Below are positions 40,936 to 54,716 of a DNA stretch of 64,000 nucleotides, one piece after another. The first letter of the stretch is position 1, and every line of letters begins with the position of its first letter. The stretch comes from Chrysomallon squamiferum. Lineage: Eukaryota > Animalia > Mollusca. A model generated the notes under the pieces. The model was given only the letters and a program-made list of their open reading frames with translations, made no database searches and was not told the DNA's origin. The translations under genes and the position numbers were made by a program. The stretch lies in the NCBI GenBank assembly GCA_012295275.1, contig CM022671.1:18166001-18230000 (forward strand), read 5' to 3'.

Positions 40936-43900
40936 ATAAGTTCTGAAAATAATGGCCCTTGCTGCCTCATTCTTGACAAATGTAAATTAACATTTTACTA
41001 TCTAGACCAGAGTGCCCTGGGTTATATCCACGACTTAAATCCATTACCAGCCGATGTCACCCAGGAATTAATCACCTGGAACCCACCATTCTGTTTAATG
41101 ACCCTTCCCTTGCTTTGTTGAGTATCTTTTAATGACCCTACTGGTTCTAAAACAAGCAGTAAGTTTATCTGAAGAATGTTTTCTGATGCTGGTAAATTGA
41201 ACATGTGTCGGTTTGTTACCTGAAGAGTTTTTATTTTCTTGCTGAATGAGGATACACAATTTAGATAAATTGTAACTAGACTGCAAATAAAATATTTTAT
41301 GTTAACAGTGTTGCCTTTACGACAGTTTTCCTCTTATTATTATTTTTTAAATTGATATACATATATATATATATATATATATATTACAAAATGGTTTAGT
41401 AAATATCCATTAATTATTCATTGACTTAATACTAACTACTACTATTAATAATAATAATTCTGTTGTTATAAAAATAATAACAATTATTATTGTTATTGTT
41501 ATTACTGCTTGTGTTGTTTTATTATTGTTTTATTATTACTATCATTATCATTATTATTGTTTTCTTTATTATTATTTAAATTCTTTGTAAAATCTGATTT
41601 GTTAGTCTTAACTCTTCTGTGCCTTTTTCTCTCTCTTTTTTTCCAAAAAGAAAAGAAAATAGATTAAATTAAATAAAATAACAATATAAAGATATATTTG
41701 TTTTGTTTTTGTTTTGTTTTCATTTTACAAGTTATAAATCTTAAACCAATTTTTTTTTTTTTTAAGTACATTAATTTTTTGTTTCATTTTACAAATTGTT
41801 TCCATAAAAAAAGTGATCATATTACTTTATTTTTTATTCAGTTTTATTTTTTTTTTTTTTTGTTGTTCCTTTTCATTTTTCATTTGTGAATTATAAATTA
41901 GGAACAAACAAACACAGATGGTTTGACATGGCAACATGAAATTCTAACACTATACAAAAACAAAAATAAACAAAATAAATGGTTTATTCTTGCCTAAAGC
42001 TTTTCAAAAGACCTATAACTTTTTATTTTTTTGGTTTATTCAAAAACATAATAACTGTATAAAATTAACATTATAACACATTATCTATAAACCAGGGTTC
42101 TGTTATAAAAATGTATACTGTCAGTATGAACAAAAGTTTAGTACTAAATATATTATTATTACTTTCAATATGATATTTATCCCAACATTTTTATTAACTT
42201 CAATTATCTTAATGGTGTCCAAGCACTATTTACTTTACATTAAGTTAGTTCTTTTTATTTCTGTTCTTTGTTCATTCAACATTATGTTCCATCAGCTCTA
42301 ACCTGCCTCTATATTCTGCAGTTAATAGGAAATGGTTTTGTTGTTACAGAGCTCACAGAGAGATGAGACAAATATTAATTCCAACAGACTTCCTCTCTGA
42401 ACACTGGGTGTATGACTACTGGCATAACCAGAAACATATATATTATATTGTATCCTATTTTCGTATTTACCACATGGCCATAACTACTTTGAGGGGAAAT
42501 TGATGTTGTTGTTTTTTTTAATTGTTTTTTTTTTTTTACACAAAGATTTTATTTAAAAAATATAAAATATAAATGGTATATAATTGAGGGTTTTGTGTCT
42601 TTCAAGTTAGAGCTTCTGGTGGCCTTTGGTCATGTGCTATAGAACAAACTGCTAATATTTCTTCTTAGATTTCTATTCTCTATCTATTGAGAAGACATTA
42701 AAATTGTTTTATTTTATTTTATTATTTAAAAAAAAAAAAATTATGTTTATATTTTTTGGTTTGTTGTTTTTCTGGGTTGTTTAATTTTAAATTTTATTTT
42801 ATTTTATTTTATTTTTTTTTTTTCTGTTTGTTGGGAGAGGGTTGTTGTTTCTGGGGGTGGGGGGAGTTCTGGCAATACAGCCATATTCCTAATATAAAAT
42901 AAAAAATATGCATTATCACCATGAACAAGGGAGTCTAGATTAACTGGTTTGTTTGTGTTCAGCTGTTTTATTCTTGCAGCTTCACTGACAGTGATGTCAC
43001 AGGTGTTAGAAAACACAATGGGATGTCAGTTAAAACAATGACATATTAAAATATTACTCACTGCTGAGAAGAAAGAAAAAATGATGATTTATTCTATGTT
43101 TAGAGGTGTCATCATGAATGTAATGCTTTCCATATGACAAATAATAATAATAATAACTAAATCAATCATTACATTTTTAAAAGAAAAGATATTTAAATTT
43201 AAAAAATGCAGTGGAGACTTAAAACTAATAAAACTTTAATGTTGTGCTACAAAACATTAACTGTCTTAAATTTTAGCCAAATAATTCATAACATAAAACT
43301 TGATCTGTACAGTCACACATTTTACAAAGTTAGAGTTTTGAAACTCTAAAGTTCGAACAAATAACAGAAAATATTTTTAAAATGTAATTTTTTATTTTAA
43401 AACTGATGCCATATGTTAATCAATGGACATTTTAAAGCATTACTGCTACTGTCCTTTTATAAATAATGAATCCAAATAAATAAACAAAAAACAAACAAAC
43501 AAACAAACAAATAAATTAATCTATACATTGTTTTCATTAATAATAATGTGTTTTTAGGGATTGGCTTCATTCTTGTGGATTATTATTTTTTATTTTTTTA
43601 TTTTTTTATTTTTTTGTTTTGTTGCTGGGTTTTATAAATTCCTATTTTTCAAGGAAAACAACAAACAAATGATACTTTTCCACATCATTACTTTATCTGC
43701 TGCCAGTTGGGAATTAAACATCACACATTGTAGCCTGCTTTGTTTTTACTGAACTCATTAAAGTTTATATTTCCAGAAAACTCTCTCTCTCTCTCTCAAT
43801 CTTTCATTCTACATCTCATTTTTGCCCCATTCCATTATAACCTAATATAAATTTCTTTACAAAAATGGATTGGATCAGTAATGAACAAGAAATTATTCAT

Positions 43901-44842
43901 TAAAGCTTATTTTTTTCTAATGAACATTTTTTATATGTATGTATGTATGTATAAAAATACCAATATACTCTCTCTCTCTGTGTGTGTCTCTCTCTCTCTC
44001 TCTCCACACACACACACCACAAGTTCTCTTTGTCTCTCTTCACTTCTTTAATCTAATGCCAAAGTCCTTGGCAGTGATTGACCTGTTTTCTCTAGGGGGA
44101 TCAATCTTTCACAACAAAGTGGGTGGTGGGTGAGCACCCTCCCAGCCAAGAGACCATGCCCTAAAACAAAGACAACTCCCAGAATAGCTTGTGTCTCATT
44201 ATACTTGAAAATCACTTCACTGCCTGCCTGTTCCTGAAAACTAATATTATTTCTTCACTACCCTTTTAATTATCTCCAGCATTTGCTTGCTTCAGAATTC
44301 CTATTTTCTTTACCTAAACTGATTAGTTCTTGAAAGGCTGACACATTCCTAACAACAATGAAGGTGAAGGTAACTGAAGGAAAATTACAGTAAACCCAAT
44401 TAGTGCCTCGCTCTGCTGTCACATAACAAAGAGTTGGAAGTCGTCAAGAGGAAAAATTGGTCTAAACAAGCAGATGATTCAAAGAATAACTGAAGGTGAA
44501 TGAATGAATGAATGAAAATGAATATATATTCGATAACATTCAGTGAAATTTATTATTATTAGAAATGTTTGGGGGTTTTGGGTCCTTTTTAAAAAAAAAT
44601 TGGTTTTTGATAGAATTATTTCTAAGAGATAAAAATGGTTGCCATTAATTCACATAGTGGGAAGACACCAAATACTACTTTCAGGCAAAATATAAAATTT
44701 AAAAAAATAAAAAAATAAATCAGAAAAAGAAAGTGAAGGTAAGTAAATTTTCTGTGAAAATGACAGGTAATGTGAGTTGATCAGGAGGAAATAAATAAAT
44801 ACATCACATTTTTTATTTCAATTCTTCACATCTTGAATAATA

Positions 44843-44923
<81 letters not shown>

Positions 44924-46455
44924 CCCCAGACTTCCCTTCATTATCTTGTCCTTGATGACCACATTATTATGATTAAAAACAGCAGATTCTCAAAGAGCAA
45001 CAACAACATGAGCTGAATAAAAAAAAAAAAAAAAAGCAGGTTTAAATATATAAAAAGCTTTCTAAATCTGAGTTTGATTTCCTGGAGTATGCATCTACTA
45101 ATTTTTGGTTACTTTCACCCAATTAGCTAAAACCACAGGCATGTATCATTTGTCACACCTGTTTCACCTGGATGCTAATAACTAAACACTACCTTTAGAC
45201 TGCTCGTTATGAATGCAACACCTGGGTGTGAATAGAAGAAGAAAAAAAAAAAAAGGGTGTGTTGAACAATGTTGAACAAAATCTTTCAAAACAGCAGCAC
45301 AAAAGAAGCAGATGTGATGTGAATATATTTACTACAGTGAGGCAGAGACAGAAAGAGGGAGGGAGGGTAAAAGAAAGATGTACAAGAAGAAAGAAGAGAG
45401 AAAATGAGAAGAAAAAAAGAAAGACAAAGACAGATGTGGAAAGAAAGAGAGGCAGAAAGAAAGAGCAACAGAAACTGGGAAAGAGAGAGATTGATAAAAT
45501 AAGAGAGGAAAATTTGTGAAACAGAGAGAGGAACAATACCATAGTCATCCTATGAAAAGCAAAAAAAATAAATAAATAAAAGTTTAAGTGGAAGGAAGAA
45601 TAGACAAAATGGCAGGGGAAAAATGAAAAATAACATGAAACAACTTTAATGAGTTTCAGAAGTTCTGTCAAGATCTAAATAATAAAACAGTTTTTATCAA
45701 ATAACAATGAAAGTTTTTTAAATGGAATCACAATATAACTAAATATATATATATATATATATATATATTTTCTACTTTTTAAAATGTATTTATTTATTTA
45801 TTTTATTTTATTTTATTTTATATTTTTTATTATGTGTATTCATAACTTGGTAAGAAATTCATAAAAACACAAAAGGACTGATCATATTTGTTTAACAATA
45901 TTTGTTATGTGATATGTCTTCTTAATAAAAAACAAAAATATTAACAATCTTAATTTCTTAATGACATCAGTTAATAACAACAACAACAAAACAATTTTAA
46001 ATTTATTAACATAATAGTTATGAAATCTCTGTTAAAAATCCAAAACAGAAGTCAACAGAAACAACAAAATGTAAATAAATAAATAAATAAAATAATTAAA
46101 AATAAAACATCATGCCACAAAACAAATCAAAATAAACATAAAAGACAATTTAGTAAATATATAAATAATTCATTAACAAAACCGACATTTTTTTATAATT
46201 TTTTTTAAATCTTTTCAAAATCTGCTTCGTTAAGATCTAATTTGACAACATTCTTGAGTTTATGCTTGGTAATAAATCAGAAAATGAGAAGTCATCAATA
46301 ACTAGATATATACAAGATGTATGTCTATTAATTATACACAGAAACATTATGTTCATTTCCCTGTTATTAATAACACAGCAGGTTGAGGAAGTATATTTAG
46401 TTTTTGATGATATTAATAATCAAGGAAGTAAAAAAGTAAATAATATCTGAATTCA

Positions 46456-46497
<42 letters not shown>

Positions 46498-46712
46498 AAA
46501 AGCACAGACATAAAACACACACACACACAAAATTACATTGTAATGACCTTTTGTGAACTGGTGAACATAACAGAACATTTCTCTTTCTAAGGTATAAATT
46601 ATGTGACCCATCACACAGAACCAAGTCACAAGTCACACAGCCAAGTATTGAGCTTTAGCCAACCATAGTGCAGTGACACCAAAAACCTTTTTGATATTTA
46701 CATAAAAATTGA

Positions 46713-46763
<51 letters not shown>

Positions 46764-47411
46764 CTTGATCCATTGATAAAACTGATAGAGGTTAACTGCA
46801 AGCTGTGTTTTAAAGCATTTTCATGAACACTTATTTGCTGGATTTCTAATTTTCTGAGAAAAAGAATTCTTCACTAACTTTACAAACTGCCAATTTGATA
46901 TGAAAATGAAACTTACGGAGTCAGGAATCTGAAAACAACAATCAGTAAAATGTGACTTTAGACCTGCTTTGATGTTGCGTGTTATTTACATAACTTTGAA
47001 ACATTTATAAACTTTCACAATAATCTTATGATATTTATAATTTATGATTATTATTACTAACAATGATGTTTATTATTAATGAGAATATTTATTATTAATT
47101 ATAATGGTTGTCACTTTACTTATGACATGATATTTATGACTTATGACAACATTTCTTGTTTATGGTAATGCTTATTATCAATGTCAACAACATGAAAATA
47201 TTCCTGAACTAACTTGTATATTATAGACCATGTAATATTAAAGTAGTGCATTATCATTTCTCTTTCTCTGTTTCTTTCCATGGATGATGAAATCTAAATT
47301 ATCATCATTATTTTATAAATGTATCATGTTTCTCCAGTGTAAAATTTAATGACTGATAAAGCAATTTTTATAAATTTTCTAACTATCTATGTTTTGTGAT
47401 TCATTATTATA

Positions 47412-47446
<35 letters not shown>

Positions 47447-49220
47447 ATTGCTGTTCTTTTTCTTCTTCTTTTTCTTCATCTTCTTATTATTATTGTTGTT
47501 GTTGTTGTTGCTAATAAAATAATTATTATTAATGTTGTTATAATTTTAATATTATCTTTATTCTTTCTCTCTTATTTTGATATTTGAATTATGTTTAAAT
47601 TATTATTATTGTTTTTGTTTTTTTTGTAAATTTTCCCATTAATACATAACACACAACCAAATACACTGCTTTCTTTCAAAGTAAACAAAACATAATCAAC
47701 AATCTAAAAAAGGAATCATCTTCCTGCTTCAGCAAAAACATGAACACCCTACAGGAACAATAAAGTCCAACGAATAATAAATATTTATAGATAAACTGCT
47801 TTTATGTCTAATTGTATCTGATAACTATATTTTAAAACCCATAGATATGTTACTCCACACTGACTATATGTCTTCTAGGAACAATAAAATATCTATTAAA
47901 AACAAAAATAGTAACATCTGACAATTGTTACTGTTTGCCTGAAGGCCAGTTTGTCAGTATGAGGTAACTGAAGCATATATAGTGCATCAGTAAAGATTGA
48001 GATAAGAAAAAAGTGTTCTAAAATTACCTACAGAAAGCTGGAGGCTACAGGACAAGTGATCCCTAACCTTAATGTACAACTGCAAGCAAAGCTGACAAGT
48101 GCAGGGACGTGCTATATCTACAAAACTGATTTTCTCCTACCCCGGGGCAGTTTTTAAAGCTAAATTCAGGAACAGACCCAAGGGCATGATTCTTTTTTCA
48201 CCCTCCCTAACTCAGATTAGAATGAGAACTTCTAAACATCAAGCAAGTTTGAATATCAAATCCCAGGTTCCAATGACCTGTGCTTTGTCCACCAACCAAC
48301 CCCCCACCTGAATCATCATTCTGTATCAGACTGATTAATACTTTGTCCTTAACCCCCACTTTATGCTAGCAACTGTTTTATTGAAAAAGCACCCTTATAT
48401 CTCCCAGGCTGAATGACTAATGCTGTTTTAATTATGTACCCTTATAACACCTTCCCCAAGTCAAAGTGACAAATGGTACATTAAAGAGATGCTCTTGTCC
48501 ATCTTTGAAGCAATAAGCACAACAAAGGTTGTTTTTTCTTCACCATCCAGCAAACACATAGATTCTTTATCCAAGAATTTTTTGTTTTCTTGTTTGATTA
48601 GTGGCAATTACTCAAATGTTGTGTTGTAATTATGGATAGAATAATTACCCCATGTAATGATTTGTGGAAGCAGGATAGTGACTGTGATGGGTTACTGAAC
48701 AAAACGTTCAATGAACATTTCACCAACATGTCACCTGCATTCCAAAAGAGAATGAATGAATTAATAATAAATAATTTACAGAAATCACTGTAATAAAAAT
48801 GTCACTGACTCCTCCAGCCAGTGACAGCTGTTCAACTGCTTTGACTAAAGGCTCCTAATGTATGTGAGTTTTAATATTTTTAATATTTGTTTTCAGAAAA
48901 TGTATAAAAGGCTTCACAAAATTTAAACTTCAAATAGCTCTGTGTCCTATTCTTCTACAGTGATTTAAAAACTAATACAGTAAATATATGTACAGCACTA
49001 TGACAAATACTCATATTTTAATTTTATATTATAATTTACATACATAAATAAAGACAGAGGTAGATAGAGTCATTAAAAATAAATATACAAATAATTTTAT
49101 AAATAAAGTGGTGGCATACAAATCTTGTACCTAACATAAATTTGAAAAACACAATTTTCTGTCCATAAGTAGGGGCCAATACCATTATTTTCAAGTGGTC
49201 AGTTTAAAAAAAAAAAAAAT

Positions 49221-49544
49221 GTGCTATTCACAAAAGATGGAGCTGTATGCCTCTCTGCTAGAAAGACAAAAGAATGGGATATCCTGAACAATATCAAACA
49301 ACTTCCTTTGCCAAGTCAGTCCTCCGACATGATATCCATACAACACATATGAACAAAACTAGACAAGATTATATGTAAAAGGTTTTAAAAAACCAACCAG
49401 CAACTTGATCAAAACTGCTAGACCTTTGACACAAAATACTCCTGGATTAATCCTCATGTTGTATTTTTAGAACTGATTAATTCTATGCCTTGATGAACTT
49501 CTGACATTAAATTTGCTAGAGGTAATTCAACAAAGTATTATTAA
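49221..49544 (+). mobile_element. Decayed Tc1-family (DD34E) transposase, C-terminal half
   Basis: VLFTKDGAVCLSARKTKEWDILNNIKQLPLPSQSSDMISIQHI*TKLDK resembles FQQDGAPCH..K..W.....WPSQSPDLNPIEHLW, with 34 residues between D and the (mutated) E position. Later LINSMP**..ARGNSTKY resembles SMPRR..AKGG.TKY. Stops and frameshifts present; no TIRs recognised. Confidence 0.85.
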
Positions 49545-50770
49545 GAGAACCTTGTCTGTTCAAACAACTTATTTTTCACTTTAAATTTATAAATGAAGGT
49601 GTAAATATAAATATACTGTTGTCTGTTTTAGTTCTTCTGTGTCAGTATATATTTCATTTTGTTCTTATGTTTAATTTCATTCTTATCTTGTTAAGTACAA
49701 CAAGGGTAGACTTGTGAACAAATTCCACATTAGAAATTTTATAGGTATTTTTTGTTATAAAATCAGACAGGCAGTTTGATATTCAGTTTTATAACACTGC
49801 TAAATTATATTTAAAAAAAAAAATGTATTAAAAATAATTTATAGGCAATGAAAATGAATAAATAAAATGTTTGCTCTACAAACAAAAAATAAGTGAATTT
49901 AAAAAACACATGCAGCTAGAAAAAAAAGTAAAAATATATGAACAGTTTCCAACTTCAAGTACATATGCACTGTATAATATTTTTAATTAAATGTTCAGAA
50001 ATCAATGTCAGAATGGTGCAAATACTTTGCCAAAAGACAATAAAGTTTTTAATGTTCTGAATTTATTACACTTTGTAATTTGATCATTATGAATACATTT
50101 GCATTTTATCAAACTGATAAAAAGCAATCAACACATTTAAATAACAAGTGTCATCAAACTAATGTTGATTATTTTTCATCATTTTTCATAAATTTACAGT
50201 TACCTCTATGACATTTTTAAGTACAGTATCATATCTTAATATTTTATTGATCTGAATAAAAAATACATTCAGTTTGATGTATTCAAAATTTGTAAAGAAA
50301 AGAATATATATATATATATATATTTTATAGACACATGATCTGAACCAAGATCTCATAAAACTGCTTACTGACATGATCATGAATACCGACTTTGAAAATA
50401 TTATTCAAAAAAACCAAAAAACAAGGTAAGTACATTACATGTACATCACCTACATCCATTTACACTCGGAGCTGAGTAAATTAATTGGGTTTAACTTTAA
50501 GCAAAAATAATAAGGATTTTGTTATCTATGAACTAACTCGTTTTTTAATTGTAGTTCAGCTGGTGTAGCTGTTCACTGGAAGCAGAAAACAAGAGTTTAA
50601 AGAGAATTTCCTTTCAGAACTGATGACAGATTAAAACTTGTTAACAGAGATAATCTCAGCTATTAACTGCTTAGGAAAATAGGGATTAAACAGAAGACAG
50701 AACAAAGTTCTTACAAAACTGTACAGTTGTAGCCGTGATGTACAGTGTGATTAAAAACCTTTAAAAGGAA

Positions 50771-51120
50771 GATGCACCAATGATCAACGGGCTAACAAAT
50801 ATTGTTGGAGGATCAACCAATGAGCAATAAGCTAACACTGACAAACATTTGGTATAGGATCAAACAGTTTTCCAATAAGCTAATACATATTAGTGGAAGA
50901 TCAACCAGTGATCGATATGCTAACAAATATTGGAGGAAGATCAACCTCTGACCAATAAGCTAAATAAATATCGCTCAAAGATCAACCAGTGAACAAAAAG
51001 CTAACAGTAACAAACATTAGTACAGGATCAAGCAATAATCAGTAAGCAAAGAAATATTAGCCGACAAACCACCCAATATCAGCTAGCTTATAAATGTTAG
51101 TGCTGGATCAACCAGCAACA
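50771..51120 (+). repeat. Degenerate minisatellite, ~40-47-bp unit (GATCAACCA.TGA.CAATAAGCTAACAAATATT.GTGGA)
   Basis: About 8-9 units anchored on GATCAA and GCTAA. Confidence 0.85.
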
Positions 51121-51339
51121 TGTAAGGTCATAAACACTTTATGACCAAATAATAACTAACTAACTAATAAAGAGAAGGATATTAAGCAGTTTGAAATAAA
51201 CCAGTACAGTTAACATTTTATGTGTGTGTGGGTTTGTGTATTTATTTATACTGCACCTGATTATTGCCCAAAATACTACTTTAAGATTATTTTCTCTAAA
51301 TTTCTATGCCTTGCTTTTACAAACATATAGAGTTATATA

Positions 51340-53790
51340 GAGTAACATTAAAAATAAAAACATATATATTGTGCCTAATATAAAACTAAGACAGGTTACA
51401 GATAAAAACATGTGACTAAGGCAAAACAAAGATTAAAGAAAAAAAAACCATGTGATTAAAATAAAATTAAGACAGACTGATGATAAAAACATGTGACTGA
51501 CATAAAAATAAGACATTTAAGAAGAAAACATGTGACTGCTATAAAAAGAAAGAAAAACAAGCATGTGTCCACATAAAACTAAGACTAAAGACTAAAAATG
51601 TGACTAACATAAAACTAACATTAAAGATAAGAAAAAAAAACATGTGACTAACATAAAACTTTGACGAAAGATAAAAAAACATGTTATTAACATATAACTA
51701 AGATTATAGATAAAAACATTGTGCCTAATATAAAGATTTAAGACAGAAACATATGAATAACATAAAAATAAGACAAACTGATGATAAAAACATGTGACTA
51801 ACATAAAACAAAGATTAAAGTTAAAAAACATGTGACTAATATAAAAACGAGATATTAAAAAAGAAAACCAATGTTTAACACAAATGTATGATTAAAGATT
51901 TAAAAAATATGTAACTAACATAAAGCTAAGATTAAAGAAAAAACATGTGTCTAACATAAAATTAAGACAGACTGATGATAAAAATGTGACTGACATTAAA
52001 GAAGAAAACATGTGACTACTATAAAACAAAGACAAAAAACAAAACATGATCATGTGACTAACATAAAACAAGATTAAAAAACAAAACATGATCATGTGAC
52101 TAACATAAAACTAAGATAAATGATAAAAAAAAAAAACGTGGTACTAACAAAACTAAGAATAAAAATAAAAGCATGACTAGCATAAAATGAAGACAGACTG
52201 ATGATGAAAATATGTGACAACCATAAAACTAAGATTAAAGAAAAAACATGTGACTAATATAGAGATAAGACATTAAAGAAGAAAACATGTGACTAACATA
52301 AAAATAAGATAAATGATAAAAAAAATATGGTACTAACATAAAACAAAGATTAAAGATAAAACATGTGACTAACATAAAACTAAGATTAAAGATGAAAAAA
52401 TATGACTAACAAAATTAAGATTGAAGAAGAAAACATGGTACTAACATAAAACTAAGATTAAAGATAAAAACATGTGACTAACATAAAATTAAGACAGACT
52501 GATGATGAAAATTAAAGGATTAAAGATGAAAAAATATGATAAAAAGATAAAAACATAAAACTTAGATAAATGATAAAAACCAATGATTAAAGAAATGAAA
52601 AAGACTGAAAAAAATTAACTAAAATTGAAGATTAAAATGAAAAAACATGGTTAACATAAAACTAAGATAAATGAAAAAAAAACCCATGGTATTAAAAAAC
52701 TAAGATTAAAGATAAAAACATGTGACAAACATAAAATTTAAAGATGAAAAAATATGACTAATTAAGATTAAAAATTAAAATTAAGACAGACTGATGGTGA
52801 AAAAAACAAAAACTAAAGATTAAAGATAAAACTAAGATTAAAGATGAAAAAAAAATGACTAAAAAAATTAAACATTGAAGAAGAAAACATGGTACTGTGA
52901 CTAACAAAACTAAATTAAAGATAAAAAAAACTAAGATTAAAGATGAAAAATAAATTAAAGATAAAAAACATGTGACTAACATAAAACTAAGATTAAAGAT
53001 GAAAAAATGTGACTAACATAAAATAAAATTAAAGATTGAAAAAGAAAACATTGAAGAAGAAAACATGGTACTAACATAAAACTAAGATTAAAGATAAAAA
53101 CATGTGACTAACATAAAACTAAGATTAAAGATGAAAAAATATGACTAACATAAAATTAAGACAGACTGATGATGAAAATTTAAAGGTACTAACATAAAAC
53201 AAAGATTAAAGATAAAACGTGACTAACATAAAACTAAGATTAAAGATGAAAAACTGATTAACAAAATTAAGATTGAAGAAGATAACATGTGACTAACATA
53301 AAACTTAGTTAAATGATAAAAAAAAAACAATGGTACTAACATAAAATTAAGACAGACTGATGATGAAAACATGTAACTAAAATAAAACTCAGATTAAAGA
53401 TGAAAAAACACGTGACTAACATAAAACTCAGATTAAAGATGAAAAAACATGTGACTAACATAAAATTAAGATAAATTAAAGAAAAAATGTGATTAACATA
53501 AAACTAAGATTAAAGACAAAAATAAGTGATTAACATAAACTAAGATTAAAGACAAAAACTTAAAATTACACTTGAAGGTAAAAACATCTAACACAGAATT
53601 AAGACAGATTAAAGAATGAAAATGTGACTAACATAAAACTAAGATTAAAGCCAAAAACGTGTGATTAACTTCAAACTAAGATTAAAGACAAAAATAGGTA
53701 TTTAACATAAAACTACGCTTAAAGATAAAAACGTGACCACCTAAAAACCAAAAAAAAAAAACGTGACAAACACAAAACTAAAATTAAAAA
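51340..53790 (+). repeat. ~2.4-kb minisatellite, ~36-38-bp unit (CATGTGACTAACATAAAACTAAGATTAAAGATAAAAA)
   Basis: Dozens of recognisable tandem units with recurrent variants (GACAGACTGATGAT, CATGGTAC, GAAGAAAA). Confidence 0.95.
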
Positions 53791-54620
53791 TTAAAAAAAG
53801 TATGACGTAAGCTTAAAAACAGTTTTCTTTCAATTTATTAATATGTCCCTGAAATTTAGCCAGGAATAAAATGTTAATGTGAAATACTCAGAAATTGTAA
53901 CTTTCAGTTACTATGGAAATATATTTACATTTCTGCTACCGACACTGCTTTGAATACAGGAAATGAATCACTTTGGCTTTAGGCCTGTCATGTGCATTTG
54001 GAAAACCACAAAAATATCAACATTTACACTGCAATACAAAGTATTTGTTCCATGAACTATTCCCAAAAAATCTAATGCTTTATTAATTTATACATTTTTG
54101 AGGTAATTTTGTGCTTTGTGCATAAGTTTGAATGCTAGTTTCTGTTTTTGTTGTTGCTGTGGGTTTTTTTAACTGATTTTTTGAAGTAATAATTTACATT
54201 CATTCAGATGCTAGTTGTATCAAGACACACTGAAACAAATCTAAACACACATATACCTGGATAAAAATATATTAACAGACATGCATCAAAACAAAGCTAG
54301 TAAATATATCTCACACACACACACACACACAAGTATGTCAGGAAGGAACATTTGATGATGTCCCAGCACGAAAAGCAGATCAGCTTTATGGATTCTGATG
54401 GAACAGTGATTATCATATCACACAGACAGATATAGGCATGGACATACACATATCACGCATATTCATGGACATATTCATCCACAAACATACACACAATGAT
54501 ATACACAAGCATGCATGCATGTGCTCAAACACACACACACACACACACATAAATGCATAAATGCATACATATAATATACAATATATAATACATAAATAAC
54601 AGATAAGATAAGAAGCCTAC

Positions 54621-54716
54621 CTTCAGTCGTTGATGCATACAGAACTTGCACACTTGATTCTTTACAGGACACACCCCATCATGCTGCTGGTAGTGAGGCA
54701 AAAAAGCCTTTTTAGG
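54621..54716 (-). CDS. IPPK: IPPK coding exon 6 (PKKAFLPHYQQHDGVCPVKNQVCKFCMHQRLK)
   Basis: gtttcag acceptor, AAG|gtaggc donor. 96 nt. Completes EIK|PK and carries the C-x-x-CMHQ-x-LK zinc-binding motif of animal IP5 2-kinases. Confidence 0.95.

Larger units (their letters stand above)
11806..54620 (-). other. IPPK intron 6 (42,815 bp)
   Basis: Bounded by the exon 6 donor (gtaggc) and exon 7 acceptor (ttgcag). No intervening IPPK-like coding sequence is needed. Confidence 0.88.

Noticed and set aside
48950-49980. TACAGTG/CACTGTA as TIRs of the Tc1 remnant
   Set aside because: Only the terminal few bases match; there is no extended inverted similarity.
50652-50673. miR-216-like TAATCTCAGCT
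   Set aside because: The 3' half does not match and no complementary arm is visible. No other conserved bilaterian miRNA was recognised by eye.
51470-53380. Hammerhead-like CTGATGA..GAAAACATGT words in the satellite
   Set aside because: No helix I or II pairing, an extra A breaks the core register, and the cleavage-site base is usually G.
11806-54620. Recursive splice sites in intron 6 on the IPPK strand (e.g. ~54255, ~41218, ~29206)
   Set aside because: Each lacks either a good polypyrimidine tract or a strong donor; unsupported without RNA data.
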